Source: Eledone cirrhosa
Lineage: Eukaryota
Direction: 5' to 3'
DNA: 64,000 nucleotides
Assembly (NCBI GenBank): GCA_964016885.1
Contig: OZ024743.1
Coordinates: 191,456,001 to 191,520,000, forward strand
Below the pieces are notes generated by a model. The model was given only the letters and a program-made list of their open reading frames with translations, was not told the DNA's origin and made no database searches. Position numbers and translations under genes: made by a program. Shown in pieces: positions 39,036-53,667 of this stretch. Position 1 is the first letter of the stretch, and the number at the start of each line of letters is the position of its first letter.

Positions 39036-42000
39036 AGTCAACGCGATAAGTCGCATATTTAGGCTTGGGAGACTATTTATTAAATTTAAGATGAATACTA
39101 TCTCCGACAGTAATGCCACAACTACAGCCAGGTTGAATAACTGGTTATTCTTCTAACTATCCCTTCAGAAGACACCTTTTATTCGAATTCGTAGAGATAT
39201 CCGACTAAATACATAATTCATTTTACAAGGATTTGCTACAAACAGCATGACTGAACACAAAATCAACAAAAAAATTAAGGAAGTATCGAAGACAAATAAC
39301 AAGGAAGGTAATCAAACTTTATTCAGTTGTAGCTACAGAAGAAACCGAAATTATAAATCGCGTTTCTCTTGGAGTTGCGAACTTAATAATGATTTATTTA
39401 ATTGTTATAAAATGGCAAAAAACAATCCCTCCATTGGCTATATGAATAGAATGAAGCTACACTGGGACGAAATGCACCCAGAGCTAAATTATTTCACAGC
39501 GAAACAATTACGTCAACAAGCGACGTTTGTTGAACGTAAAAATAAGATAAATATTATTAATTGTAAGTCCCCCACAACAAACATGGAATCAACAACACGT
39601 GCTACAGATTGCCATGCTACTAGACTTCCTAGCAGCCAGGTCGAACAGCGCCTTGAAACAACTATGTCTGTAAGAAACTTGACACCACCTGTACCATCTA
39701 AGTCTACCTCGAATGCTGGGGAAAACACTATCGATAATAATAATAATAATCGAATAAATGTGATACCACGTATACCATCCGAGTCTACCTCGACTTTGTG
39801 GAAAACACTATCGATAATGATAATCAAAAGCATAAACAATTGAAAATTTCCCTCAACGAAATCTTCCAGACAGAAATTAACTCATTTATAAATATCTCTC
39901 GTGCTGAACGTGTTAAAATGACAATGGTGAATAAAAAACCAAATAATGAAATACTATGTGTTATTGACGAAATAGGGGATGAATATTTATGACGGATAAA
40001 AACCCCAACGTTTTAGCAAATCAACGCCTTAGCAATGACAGTGAAGCATTATCTTGGTGATAGTAGAGATATTAACAAGAACAAAACACCACCAAAAATA
40101 CCATCATATATAACTAAAATAGAAAAAAAGAGTGCTGTCATACGAAAAAACATAGGACATGTGACAATGCTCCTTACATGCAAACAAACACAAAAAAACC
40201 TCACTCCTCACCAACAAAGATTGAAAAATAAAATAGAGACGATGTTTGGTAACAGTAGAACCAGAACTCTCCAATATAAGCTGATCACCCTCAAACAAGG
40301 ATTGAAAGCTGTTAGCGAAAAACGCCGATACCTGAAGAAGGTAGATGAGAGAAAAGTGCTTAATAAAAGATTCAGACGAAACGAAACATCAGTCTATAGA
40401 GGTATGAAGGGCAAAATAATAAGTGTCACTGAGGCCCCATCCCAGAAAGACATAGATTACTTTTGGAGAAAAATATGGGGTGAAAAGAAGAATTTCAACC
40501 AAGATGCAGTGTGGCTAAGAGAAATCCGAAAGAACTATTGCTCCTACACTACAACAAAAACATACGAAATAAGTGAGGGTACCCTTGTGATAGGAAAACT
40601 CCAAGATAAGAAAACACCAGGAAGAGACATGATTGTCGGCTACTGGTACAAAAAACTAATATTCTATCGGAGGTATCTTACCAACAAGTTATTAAGGGAG
40701 ATAAACGTTTACCAGAATGCTTGACATTAGCACAAAAGTTACTGGTCCCCAAGAACAAAGACACCCACTTGGCAAAAAAATGCCAGAACCTGATGTATAA
40801 GATGTATACAGCCTGCCTGAACCTATTCCTCCAAGATCACTGTGAAAATAATAACATCATCACAGATGAACAAGCAGCTGGAAAGAAAGGGGTTTGGGGA
40901 TGTGCTGAACAACTCCTAATCAACAAAACTGCGATGTCGGAGGTGCGACAACTTAGGAGGAATATGACTACAGTCTGGCTGGACTACGGGAAAGCTTCCG
41001 ATTCTGTTCCCCACTCTTGGATGATAGAGGCCCTCCAACCAGCTAAAGTCCCAGACATTATTGTCAGAGCCATAGAGAGGTTGTCTTATTCTTGGACTAC
41101 TATCCTAAGGTTAAAGACAGGTAGGGAGGACTCTATTTTCACTGATAAAATAAAATATTGCAGGGGTATATTTCAGGGGACAGTCTCTATGTGATATTGT
41201 TCATCTTGTCATTAAACCCCTTGTCCTTTCTGCTCAAGAAATGTGAGGGATACATCATTAGCTCACAGGAGGACAGAAATACGAACCTAACCCATAATTT
41301 GTGTGGACGACCTGAAACTCTATGCCAAGAACATGGATGGGATGAAGAAAAATCTTGACCTGGTTACAACGTTCTCAAAGGATATAGGAATGGAGTTTGG
41401 CCAAGATAAATGCTCTTACATGACTGTAAAGCGGGGAAAAACAACAATCCAATCTAGCAACATTGTCATCAATGGTCTAACTGTTTCACCGATATCTGAT
41501 GTGGACTGCTACAGATACCTGGGGATAGATGAGAACATATCCTATAATGATATCTGTAATAAAGAACGCGTAACCAGGGAATACTACACCCGAGTAAGAA
41601 AGATCTGGTCATCGGAACTCTCTGCGCAAAACAAAACAGTGGCTTACAATGTGTTTGTTGTGCCTATCCTAACACCAACGTTTAGAATACTCAATTGGAC
41701 GATAGAAGAAATCCGAGCAGTTGATGTTGGAACTCGAAAAATACTGAACAACACCGGAAACTTCCACATCAACAGTACACATAGACCGCCTTTACTTGAA
41801 TCGTAAACAGGGAGGCAGAGGCCTAACATCAGTCCAGACAACATTTGAATGTCGCATCATATCTCTCCGACAACATCTACGAACCTCGAAGCGTAGGAGC
41901 CCGTTTCTCGAGCAAGTCTATCTGCATGAAACAGATAAGATCATGTGAGTTGGGAAGGAACTCATTGAGAGATATTCCCTGTGCGATAATCAAAAGCTCA

Positions 42001-42729
42001 CACCCATGGATGTCGCTCAGCAGTATCGCAGTGAATCCATGGATGAAAAACTGCATGCCTATCAGCAAAAAATCATGCATGGATATGTTGCCAGGAAGCT
42101 CCAGAGTGAGATTAATATGAAAGAGTACTGGTGGAATGTTCCAGTAAAAACCCAAATAAAATGCAGCATAACAGACCAGATATTATGATATGGGACAGGG
42201 AGAAGAAAACATGCACAGTAGTAGAAATTAGCTGTCCAGCAGATGCCAACATAATATCAAAGATTAGTGAAAAGGAGAATATTTATGCAGAACTGATGAG
42301 AAATCTGCAGATACTCTACCCTGATTACACCTTCAGATTTTTGCCTGTGATTATTGGGGCACTTGGATATGTTAGTAACTGCCTCAATACAAATCTTGAG
42401 AAGCTAGGCTTCACAGGAATAGAAAGAACACATCTAGTTAGGAGATTACAAGTACAATCCATTAATGGAACAGTAAAAATATGTAAAACATTCCAAAGAT
42501 TTTGCATCTAATAACTGCATATACACATGTACAGATACAAAGCATATACACATGCACATATACAACTCAAAACATCCACACATACAATAACATCCATATC
42601 TACACATGCAGACATACATATCTACCTAGTTGATGTTGTGTAAATTCCAATGAGAGAGTCTTGTGTCTATGTTAGAAACCGACTCTCTCTCTATTGGTAA
42701 AACTTTGTGAAATTATAAAACCAGAAGAA
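39036..42729 (+). mobile_element. Near full-length R4/Dong LINE (subfamily alpha), decayed, with internal deletion of the CCHC region
   Basis: ORF pieces 39247-42511: N-terminal W....N..L..CY.....GYM.RM...W...HP, RT motifs and the RPDIMIWD..EISCP RLE. 3' UTR followed by (CATA)n. Degenerate CATA repeats upstream. Confidence 0.93.
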
Positions 42730-42782
42730 CATACATACATAGTACATACATACATACATACATACATACATACATACATACA

Positions 42783-42812
<30 letters not shown>
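42730..42812. repeat. (CATA)n microsatellite
   Basis: Direct reading. Confidence 0.97.
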
Positions 42813-42815
<3 letters not shown>

Positions 42816-44184
42816 GCAAGCGCGTATGTCGGTGTTCCGTATATATGTATCTGTATGAAGAATTTATATGAATATAAAGCCCCTAACTCGAAACGCCTAT
42901 ATTCAAACAATACACAAAAGTCACTAACACACACGTGGAGAAACACACGCACACACACACTTGCAAAAGTATACACATATACGCACATCTACAAACACAC
43001 AAAACACCTCAGGCATAAACATTCACACACACACATAGGTGCACACATAAAATATATACAATATATATATACACACATAAAATATATAGACACATAAAAC
43101 ACAAAAGAATTCCGACACACGTGAGAATGCACCTGCAGACACACACACAAACGTACACACTCGGGCACACACAAACAAAGCAAAATTGACACAGACACGC
43201 ATGTGGAAATACACATACTCACACTCATGGTAATAATACACACACTCTTTCAAAAACACACATGCACATACACACAAAAACCACACTCATAAATATGCAC
43301 ACACGCTCATACACATAAAAACGCACACATACTCATACATAAACATATATACAGTTACGTGCACAAACATGCACACAAAAAAAACCAAAAAGACAAAAGA
43401 ATTCCCAGACACACACACAAAATAATATAAAAGACTCACAGATGCGCACGTATAAAACACTCACAGACACACAGACGGAAGCTATACCGCACAGCCATGA
43501 AATTCACCCCATCAGCGCACACATAGCCACACCTTTGGGAAACCTGAGTTTTCCACCTCGGCCTGCACTCCCGAATGCCGGACCACACACCTAATACCCC
43601 CAACTTTCTTAAAAACTTTCGTCTATACTCAGATGTTCCAACCTGTTCTCTCCTTCCGAACTCTCCATGTCTTGAAGAAGGACTTAGGTCCGAAGCGCCG
43701 AATCCTCCTCTGCATCCTCCTACGTGTAATACTAAATTTTGTGTTTTTGCATATCAGTGTTTCTGTTGTCATTTTTAAGAAAACCATTCGGATATACACA
43801 CATAGACATACCTATACATAAACACTCAAAGACACACACTTACCTGCACACACATTCACACAAAAACAAAAAAAGAATTTTGAGACACACAGCAAACGCA
43901 CACAGATACACAAACAATATAAAAGACTTACAGACACACACGTGTACACGCAAACACATAGACAGAAGCAATACTGCATACCTAAGAAATTCAGCCCATC
44001 GGCACACACATAACGACACTCATAATTCACATTGACTCTCTATCTGGGCCCACAGTACCGAACGCCAGACCACTTTTTTCTGACTATATTGATACTTTGT
44101 TGTTTTCGATTTACTTTTCTTCTCTCTATATATATATATTCAATGATATTAAATAAAAGGAAACTATATTTATAAAACCATATT

Positions 44185-44245
44185 TATTCTATTATATATA
44201 TTTCAAGGGTACCAAAACTTTGGTACGCTTTCATCAGATAAAATA
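44185..44245 (-). ncRNA. Type I minimal hammerhead ribozyme (family C)
   Basis: uauuuuau-CUGAUGA-aagc-guaccaaa-gu-uuugguac-ccuu-GAA-auauauau-A-auagaaua. Palindromic stem III. Confidence 0.85.
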
Positions 44246-44685
44246 CAAAGTTTGTTTTATAAATTTTGACATAACCAAGAAAAAAGATACCTTACCGGTT
44301 CAAGTTTTCCTTGGATAGTGAAGGGATAAGAGAAGAAAGTCAGATATTTCAAATTATTAAGATGAGTATGCAAATGAGGTTGATGTATAGGGCTGAAAAA
44401 AAAGTTATTTTAGACGCTATGCAGAATTTAAATAATTAGGATATATGTATGTATGAGTAGGAAGAAGAAAAAGGAAGAAGAGCTTGTATGTACGTTAATT
44501 TAAAAGGAATTAACAATTTGGGGGAATGGTGGAATATGATTCCAGAATTTAAATTTATTTAGCTATATTATGAGTTAAATATTGTATATATAATCAATTA
44601 GATTATATGAAGAATTATGGTTGTAAGTATATTTTATCTTATTACATTACAATAGGTTATAAGTATATAAATATCTATATAGATT

Positions 44686-44872
44686 AATAATTGTTTCTAC
44701 TTTAGGCACAAGGCCAGCAATTACCCAGTGTATTACTGGTACTTTATTTTATCGACCCCGTAAGGATGAAAGGCAAAGTCAACCTCGGCGGGATTTGAAC
44801 TCAGATCGTAAACGGACGTAACTATGCTGGAAAGCATGGCGTCCGACTCTCTACCGATACTGCCAATCTACC
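44686..44872 (-). mobile_element. SINE (main family) inserted in the Penelope element, TSD tatatagattaataattgt
   Basis: Full SINE with a direct repeat on both sides. Confidence 0.9.
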
Positions 44873-45742
44873 ATGTATATAGATTAATAATTGTGCATGT
44901 ATAAGTATTATAGAAATAGAAATAATTTACAATTATTAGTTGTTTACATTTCTAATATGAATTACGAAAGATGTTGATTTTGCATTTTACATTTTACATT
45001 TAAAAAAACAGGTGGTTCAAGTTGTGAGAGGAGAACAATATGTAGATTCGAATATTTTTGTTCCAACATTGAAAATGTTTTCAGAATATTGTTAATATAG
45101 CGAAGTTATATAGTTTATCGTACATATTACATTATATCATGTTTATATTTGCATGATTGAAAAGGGAAAGATAACTCCAATCTTGTTTGTTAACCGTTAA
45201 ATTTGATGAATGATTTACTCAGAAAATATATAGAGAAAATTATATATTATTTTGTGTGAGGTTAATTATTTTAGTCGAAGATGTGTGAAACTTTGAAGAT
45301 CAAAAGGAGAGGAAAAACGTAATGTGCATTTCGAAGAACTATCGTAAAGAGGATAAATTTTCTGAATGTCAATTAAAGCATCTACATCTAAAAAAATATA
45401 TTTAGAGGGGTATCATTGGGAAAATAATAATGTCAATAGTAAAAAGTATTAAAAAATATATATATAAAAATTAATGTCAAAAGGTAAAAATAGTAGAAAT
45501 ATAAAAAAATTAAGAAGGAAGTCTATTTAAAAGAATTTACATTTAAATTTAAATTAAATTTTTAAAGAAAATAGGATCATTTTGAAGGTATATAAGATAT
45601 AGTCAAGTGTAATGAATATCATAAATTAAAAATACTTCTAAAAGTGGAATTTTGGCGATGTCTGCAAGAAGAAAATAGTTCTGTTTTAAGATTAATAGAA
45701 TTTTGACAGTTAATTATATAAAAAATGTCCTCGATACACAAG

Positions 45743-46204
45743 TTACGGAATCTTGAGAAAGCCATATTTCGGTATGCAGATGCTTTCGAAATCGTTCCCC
45801 AAGATATTGTTGTCTTTTAAGTTCCAAATTAAATGTGAAAGTGAAGTGGAAGATTTTTTATTGGATCTCTTAAATGTATGTTTATGGTTATACCAGCGTT
45901 CTTTGAATTTTGTAGAAGTGACACCAATATAGTTAAATACTTTGTCTCTAGATCTAACTGTGCATTTATAAATTACGTTTTTGTCTAAGCAATCATTTTG
46001 TAAAGGGCAGTTTGATTTAATTCTACAGTTACATTTTCTGGAGTTGTTCGGAACGGTACTATTATTCTGAATATTGTTGTTAGAAATATTGTTGTTAGAA
46101 ATACTGTGGTTAGAAATATTATTATTGCTATTTTGGTTAGTTTGGTTAGGGTTTAAATTTAAGTTTCTATTATTAATTCTATTTATATTTTGTGCTATGT
46201 TCAT
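45743..46204 (-). pseudogene. Penelope GIY-YIG endonuclease fragment with Asn-rich linker
   Basis: CNCRIKSNCPLQNDCL..NVIYKC...NYIGVT..FKERWYNHKH. Confidence 0.88.
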
Positions 46205-46556
46205 AGTAGTAAAGTAGGATAGTTTTATAGTGTGTCTGTTAAAAAGAGAGTAGTATCTGTGGGCTTTAGGAAAACATTTATCTAGTGCTTTAAAGAATAG
46301 CTTTGCTAAAGGTGTTTTAACGCTTAATGAGAAAGGGGGAGAGTACCAAATAATATTTCTAGTTATAGTTTTTTTGTTTGGTGTTTAAGTCAAATTGTTT
46401 ATTATTATTATAATTAATTCTAGGATGATTTGTCATGTATTGTTATCTATGTATTTAATTTTATTCGAGTATCCTGCTCTATATAAAGCTTCATTGTAAT
46501 ATTCTGCCTTATCATCAAAAATATTTTTATTAGCAGAGATGCATGAAATCCGTTAT

Positions 46557-46735
46557 ATATATTTCCGAAGATCCCGTTAAGGGTGAAAACAGCGATTCTT
46601 TGCTTAAACTTTAATCTGTTATTTTAATAAATATTTGCTCTAAGGTTCTTATATATTTGATATATATTTATCCTTATCGAGCCGTCTTTGGATTTTAGTC
46701 TTCAAATTTATTATTGTTACTATATATATATATAT
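46557..46735 (+). mobile_element. Penelope family 1 terminal fragment in inverted orientation
   Basis: Reverse complement of 7755-7910. Contains a mutated family B hammerhead. Confidence 0.8.
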
Positions 46736-46796
46736 ATATATAAGCAAATAAATGTGTACAACTGATTCAGAGCACTCGATAGATTTTTTGGATTAT

Positions 46797-47240
46797 AATA
46801 TTCAATGATATTAAATAAATGGAAACTATATTTATAAAACCATATTTATTCTATTATATATATTTCAAGGGTATAAAAACTTTGGTACGCTTTCATCAGA
46901 TATGATATAAAGTTTGTTTTATAAATGTTGACATAACCAAGAAAAGAGATACCTTACCGGTTCAAGTTTTCCTTGGATAGTGAAGGGATAAGAGGAAAAA
47001 AGTCAGATATTTCAAATTATTAAGATGAGTATGCAAATGAGGTTGACGTATAGGGCTGAAAAAACCTTATCATAAAAAATATTTTTATTAGTAGAGGTGC
47101 GTGAAATCCGTTGTTGGACTCTAATCATCCTAGAAATATTAAAAATACTATTGGCAATAGCCTCCAACAACGGATTTCACGCATCTCTGCTAATAAAAAT
47201 ATGTTTGATGATAAGGCAGAATATTACAAGGAAGCTGTTA
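46797..47240. mobile_element. Second Penelope family 2 insertion: terminal repeat (-) with hammerhead at 46847-46907, plus an inverted thumb/linker coding fragment (+)
   Basis: Direct repeat of 44136-44405. 47111-47235 encodes SNHPRNIKNTIGNSLQQRISRISANKNMFDDKAEYYKEA. Confidence 0.8.
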
Positions 47241-47865
47241 TACTTGGGGAGGGTCATATTGTTGTAATAATATTGCCAAAAATAATAAAAGAACACAATC
47301 ACAGATAAAATAAAAATGTCGTAGACAACAGGAGGAAACATAATAGTATCACTGATTTTAGTCTTAATAATAATGAATATTAAAACTCTACATCGGTACT
47401 GAGTACACCTCTCTCTAATTATTATTAAGGCTAAAAGGTTAGACTCGTTAATCTGGAGTTTCGCTCGTTTGTCACAGGGTCATCAGGCAAGACTCACTTT
47501 TTAGCTTTAATAATAATGAATATATATATATATTAGCTTCTGCCGGGCCCCGCCTGGTGGTGTTAGCTGCCAGTATGTTTTTTCATAGCTATGGCTTTCT
47601 AAATGTTTATTTATAAACATACCGTATTTCTTTAGAAATACGAAATTCAAATACATATATATATATATATGAGGGTGCATGTATGCATCCATGCAAGCAT
47701 GTATGTACATCCGTGTTGCTTAAGATGCACTGGAGAGATTTGAAATTTGTAATGTGATCCTCCAAACACCAATGAGAGTCGGTCACTGTAAATAATAGTT
47801 GAGAAAGTCAGTAAAGCGCGTATTTTGGGTTTTTTTCTCAAGTATTATCTATAATTATCGACTAG

Positions 47866-48262
47866 GAGTGACAGTGTCGGTAGAGCGTCAGACACCATGC
47901 TTTGCAACATAGAGTTATGACCCTTTACATTCTGAGTTCAAATATCACCGATATTAACTTTGCCTTTCATCCTTACGGAATCGATAAAATAAAGCACCAG
48001 TAATGCACTGGAGTAATTGCTGGCCTTGTGCCAAAAGTAGAAACAATTATTATAGATATTCGGGCGATGGATTAGCAGTATCGGTAGAACGTCGGAGAAC
48101 ATGCTTTGCGGCATAGAGTTACAGCCCTTTGTGTTCTGAGTTCAAATCCCACCGAGGTTAGTTTTGCCTTTCATCCTTACGGGGTCGATAAAATAAAGTA
48201 CCAGTAATACACTGGGATAATTGCTGGCCTTGTGCCATAAAGTAGAAACAATTATTATAGAT
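47866..48262 (+). mobile_element. Tandem pair of main-family SINEs
   Basis: Two consecutive copies, each with ggtaga(g/a)cgtc, gagttcaaat and gcctttcatccttacgg..tcgataaaa. Confidence 0.9.
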
Positions 48263-48404
48263 ATTTGCGTTGGAACTACAAATCTATGTATATCCTATCA
48301 GAAAAGTAAATTATGGTATATATTACTTTCCAATAACATCCACCTCATAATTCGATAGCTGTGGTCATACAAGCGCATTTCATATGTTTGTGTGTCTGCG
48401 CGGA

Positions 48405-48456
<52 letters not shown>

Positions 48457-49380
48457 TACGAGAGAGGTGAAGAGGAAGAGAGAGAGTAAGAGAAAGGTGA
48501 AGAGAGAGAGTAAGAGAAAGGTGAAGAGAGAGAGTAAGATGCAGGTGAGGAGAGAGAGGTAGAGAAACCAGTCTCGGGTTTTATATGAGTTGAATAAGTT
48601 TGACAGTCATTACCTTCACCACTATAACGACAATCACTATCATCTTCATTATGTCCAACAGTAGTAAAATATCTGAAAGAATGAACGAAAAACTTATTTA
48701 TTTATTTAAATGCTTATTTATTTTGTTTCGACATTTACAGCAACTCATGACTTTGGTCGTTTGCTTAAAGGTTAATTGAAAAGTGGCAGAAAGTGAACAT
48801 CTCAATAATGTAAAAGCAGTCTGTCTTCGGAGTTGCATGTAAATCTAAGTATCTTGTGGCAGAGATATCACGCAAATATGTCGGAAGGAATTCCTGCTAA
48901 ACATGTGAGGGCGCAGCTATTTAATCCGATTCGATGTCACGGAGAAGTCACAGAGAATTTGACTTGACATTCCAAATCCTCAAAGCTCACTTCACCGTCT
49001 TATTTTTCTTCTTTCTACATATTACCTTTCCTCTCCTCATCACCACCACCTCACTTCTCACACACACCAAATAAAAACAGAATAGATTTGGAATTGGTTT
49101 TGGATTTGATTTGAGATACTTAAACTCTCTAAAAGGTTGATAGCTTTTAAATGGTGTTATTGCACGAAATTATTATAGTAACTAGCAGAGTATTTAGGAA
49201 GGCGAATATTTGATGCCGCACATTTAGCTACTTACAGTGAGGTTATTACCTGAATAGAAGAATCGAAATTGACACCAATTGTCTTGTTTGTAATATAAAG
49301 CTGAGAAAATATTTTGTTAGAACACGACAGTATATTAACAGAAACGGGAACTTATCTGTCTAATTGGCTTGTGTTATTTG

Positions 49381-49562
49381 ATTCAGTATCGGTAGAGGGT
49401 CGGACGCCATGCTTTCCAGCATAGTTACGTCCCTTTACAATCTGAGTTCAAATCCCGCCGAGGTTGACTTTGCCTTTCATCCTTACAGGGTCGATAAAAT
49501 AAAGTACCAGTAATGCACTGGGTAATTGCTGGCCTTGTGCCTAAAGTAGAAACAGTTATTTG
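49381..49562 (+). mobile_element. SINE (main family)
   Basis: Near-consensus copy. Confidence 0.9.
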
Positions 49563-50144
49563 ATTATATCTCATTATATTCTGAGTTCAAATTCTGCCAG
49601 TGTTGACTTCAATCATTTATTCGTTTGGGCACAGTAAAATCGGGGGCAGATGCTGTTATTGAAGCTGTTATCGTTGTTGTTATTGTTTAACCAGAGGTAA
49701 ATTCTTCTGTAAAATATTTATGATCAAGGAAGTGGGGGGAGCTCTTTAGTATCATATGATATGTGTTCGTTCTGTTTTGTTAAGAATGTATGATATAATT
49801 TGATGGAGATTAAGTTGTTTTTTTTTAGCAGGAAAGATGACCACGTAGAGTGGAGAATCATAGCTTGGCTCGTATGTAGGCCTGTCACTAGACTTTGGTG
49901 GTCAGGATGTAGATCGCTTCACAAAATTATGGCTGGATACTCTAATTCGCATTAATTTTAAGGCGGAGCTTCAGAATTAAGAATACCACTGAATATTCTA
50001 AAACAGAGGTGCACCATTGAAAGGTAGAAATGCAGAGCGATCTATTGACCCACTTCTTTCACGATGGGTTCACTTGTAAGAACTTAAGTTCGACTTAACA
50101 CCACTCTACTATGCTCAAAAATATTTGAAATCGTTATACTGTTA

Positions 50145-50585
50145 ATATTGGTATCTGATTTAAGCACAAGGCCAACAATTTGGGCGGGTGGGAAAGTCTA
50201 TTAAATTGACCCAAGTGCATTACTGATACTTTATTTTATCGACCCCGTAAAGATAAAAAGCAAAGCTAACTTCGGCAAGATTTGAACTCAGATAGTAAAG
50301 TGGTGTAACTCTATGCCATAAATGATATTGTCTGATGTTTTACCGATTCTGCCAATCTACCGCCCTGTTTAAACTGTTAATATTGGTCCCTAAAAGAAGT
50401 ACAAGGGGTGGGGAGTATAGTCGCTTATAACGTCTCCTGTATTTCAGAGATACGTTTTTGTTATCGATCTCAACACAAGGTAAATTTAACCTCATTTCGG
50501 ATGTGAACACAGAACGTAAATACAATAACTAAATACCGCAGAGTATTTTATCGGACGCTCAAACGATTATGCTAATTCACTACTC
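50145..50585 (-). mobile_element. Main-family SINE (TSD ctgttaatattggt) followed by an older related SINE
   Basis: Core and B-box complements. Direct repeat at about 50139 and 50373. Confidence 0.78.
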
Positions 50586-50792
50586 TTGTTATGTTAGTAA
50601 TACTATATAGGTGTCTAACCATACACACAAATACGCACACATACATTCACACAAACACACACATATATATATATATATATACATATACACGCACACACAA
50701 ACATACACGCATGCGCGAGATAGAGAAAAATGGAATTCTTAAACGCTTGAGATTTATTTCTCTCCCCACTCAAGATTTTAAATGACTGTGAC

Positions 50793-50832
<40 letters not shown>

Positions 50833-51049
50833 TGTGTGTGTGTGTTTCGTATTTGCTTTTCATCTGAAAATAACATATACGAAAACATTCATTTCCTTTC
50901 ATTCACCAACTGTCTGCTTTAGTGCATCTTCTATCCTGTTACTTGTATTGTCCATGTCAAATTTAAAATCATACTAAGTTTTTCGTAAGGGGAGCCTATG
51001 TCTACGACGTGCCATATATTCTACTGTTACTTGTACAATTTTGGGGGTT

Positions 51050-51450
51050 CGTAAATTAGGAACAAGGCAATCAATATATGCAGAGTGTAAGTCTATCAAA
51101 TTGACCACAGAAAACTGAAAGTATAGTTGACCTTGGCTGAATTTAAATTCAGAACGTAAAACGACGGAATTAATAATGGTTTCTTATATAGGCACAATGC
51201 CAGTAATTGGGGGAGGGGAAAGTCGATTAAATCGAACCCAGTGCGTGACTGGTACTTTATTTTATCGACTCCGTAAGGATGAAAGCCAAAGTTAACCTCG
51301 GCGGGATTTGAACTCAGACCGTAAAGGACTGTAACTCTATGCTGCAAAGCATAGTGCTCGATTCTCTCCTGATACTACCAATTCACCGCCCTGACGGAAC
51401 TAATAATTTAAGGCATTTGTCCGACGCTCTATAAATTCTACCAGTCCACC
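51050..51450 (-). mobile_element. SINE nested in an older SINE (TSD gacggaa(t/c)taataat)
   Basis: Young copy 51171-51391 splits an older copy whose halves flank it. Confidence 0.78.
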
Positions 51451-52260
51451 TCTCTAATTTTAATGATGTTTCTAATAAACAAGTGAAGTGATAAACAAAA
51501 TTGTATTTCATGATTGTATTTTCTACTTGAATACTGATATAATTTCTGTTCAGCTAAGTTCAATTTTTTGGGGGGCAAGATATATTTCTTGCTAAGTGTA
51601 GCTAAAACAATGCAGAACACTTATGTAAATACCTACATGGTTTTAATTTTTTCAAATAACTATTGACTATTTCAACTTGGATTTTTATTCTATTCATATA
51701 TGGAAATCGACTAAATCGCCTATGTCTTTCTTACAAATCTAATGATATAGTGTCAAGGTAAGAAATCAAAATTTCTTCCAGAGGCAAATATTTTAGTTGC
51801 GCAAATTTGATCGAAAAGTGAATTAAACTGGTGCTGTGACCTCCGTAACTTTAGCAAAATATTATTGGCTTAAATCACGAATTTAAACTAGCTCAATTTT
51901 CCATGTCGATGTTTACTTGTTATTCAAGTTTACTCGAAATTGTTGTTTAATATTGAAAGAATAGTAAAGGTGTCGGAGAGCAAAATCTGAAGCCATGCAG
52001 ACAAGCTCCTTTATGGTATATAGATCGTTATCTTATGTTTTGATTTTAATTTAAAATCGTGCTTGAGATTGGATTCGCACTTCCTCCGTCAGAGACTGAT
52101 AAAATAGTGAGTGGTGAACTTGGAGTTATATATCTATATATATTCCTTGAAAACGTAAGAAACTCGGGTGCAGAATATCGATGTAAATATAGTTGGTTGT
52201 TATAAATAGTTTAGAAAATCGGATATAGACCATTTGTCGGCGGAAAAACTGATTAACGAT

Positions 52261-52330
52261 GCTTACGTGGAATCGAACCTCACATTTCTCAGATACCATA
52301 TGACTGCTCTAACCGTTGAGCTAAACAGCA
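52261..52330 (-). mobile_element. tRNA-like head (pseudo-tRNA or SINE head)
   Basis: tagctcaacggttagagc (A box) and ggttcgattcc (B box). Acceptor and anticodon stems are imperfect. Confidence 0.55.
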
Positions 52331-53667
52331 CTGGCAACAGTCATCACCTATATTAAAAAGCTACATCAAATAGCTTTGAAATGTAAATAACATTGTATGT
52401 AAAGTTCTACCTTTCAAAGCTCTGGGGAATTATGATGTGTAAAGAATATGTAGGAAATTGAGACGCAGAACATAACTGTAATTACAGCTGGTTGCTATCA
52501 ATAACTTAGAAAATCGGATAAAAAAAACCTTCATTGACGGAGAAAATATGGCCAACGGTCGCTAAGAAGTAAAGAGCTATTAGATAATATAGCACTTAAT
52601 ACACTCGCTAGACAAAATTCCGGAAGGTCATGATTTGTATGTGTTTGATCATAGGGTTGTTCGATGAGGATATAACATTGATTTTTAATAGCTTTCAAAT
52701 TGTTTTACTGATGTGGTGTATTTCGTTGAAAATATGTTGTTTTATCCTAAAATCTATCTTCATTGAACAGCCCTATGATAAAAACCATTCAAATCGTGAC
52801 TTTCCCGAATTTTGTCTAGCCAGTGTATCCAGTGCTACGTTATTGAAAGTGTCTTTCCATTTCTAACATATTAAGGTATCGTTTTATGGAGTTTTGGCTA
52901 CTAATTCCTGTAAACTGAGCGCCCCTTTAGAGGCTTTCTATGTTAAATCTACGGTAGTCTTATTTATGACCTCTGACAAACAGTCCAATTCAATACTTTA
53001 CATATACAATAATTTCTCTCTGAATCTTCCAGCTGTTCTTCCTTATACTTACTTAGTTTAGAGTTTAGTGTTTTGTGACATCAAAAATGATTTTTTATCT
53101 AAATTCTCTGTTTTATTTCTTTGTTTAATGTATTGTCTAGATTACATTTCATAACTACAAGAATAAGTGAAATATCTTTCCACAGAAATAAAATTTTATT
53201 TTTCAAGTTAAACCACCTCCACCTGTTTCACGATAGTGTTACATTATCTTGATTGTGTTACTTCAACTCCTTGCAATGAGTTAGCAATTTAAATACTGAC
53301 ACATACATCCGGGGATTAGAATGCCACGTATTATTTTAATATCACTTGGTTGGGTACCTTTGAAGTAATCTACTTTCAATTTCATTAACTACATCCAGCT
53401 TTAGTTGCGAAGATCATATATTGATATATTCATATTGACAGGTATGCCATTCAGCTCCAACTTTGCTCTCTACCTGTTACAATATATCAATACAAATATC
53501 TTGTTGGTTGTTAAAGATATTTCATTTATTATCTGTTCTTTTAAAACAAGGACTAAAAGAGAATGAGTATGTTGTTGTATACTACAAGCTTCAGAGATAC
53601 TACTAATGCTTGAGTTTATGTTGCTATTAGCAGTGAAGTATATCACTATTTATTTGTGTTTTATTTA

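Larger units (their letters stand above)
44136..46556 (-). mobile_element. Penelope-like element (family 2), 5'-truncated
   Basis: GIY-YIG coding remnant at about 45620-46555, long AT-rich 3' region, hammerhead near the terminus. The terminal about 270 bp is repeated at 46797-47066. Confidence 0.88.

Noticed and set aside
46130-46155. Telomere-like ggttag/ttaggg motifs
   Set aside because: Only isolated units within the Asn-rich Penelope linker coding sequence
52261-52330. Functional tRNA gene
   Set aside because: Acceptor and anticodon stems do not pair properly
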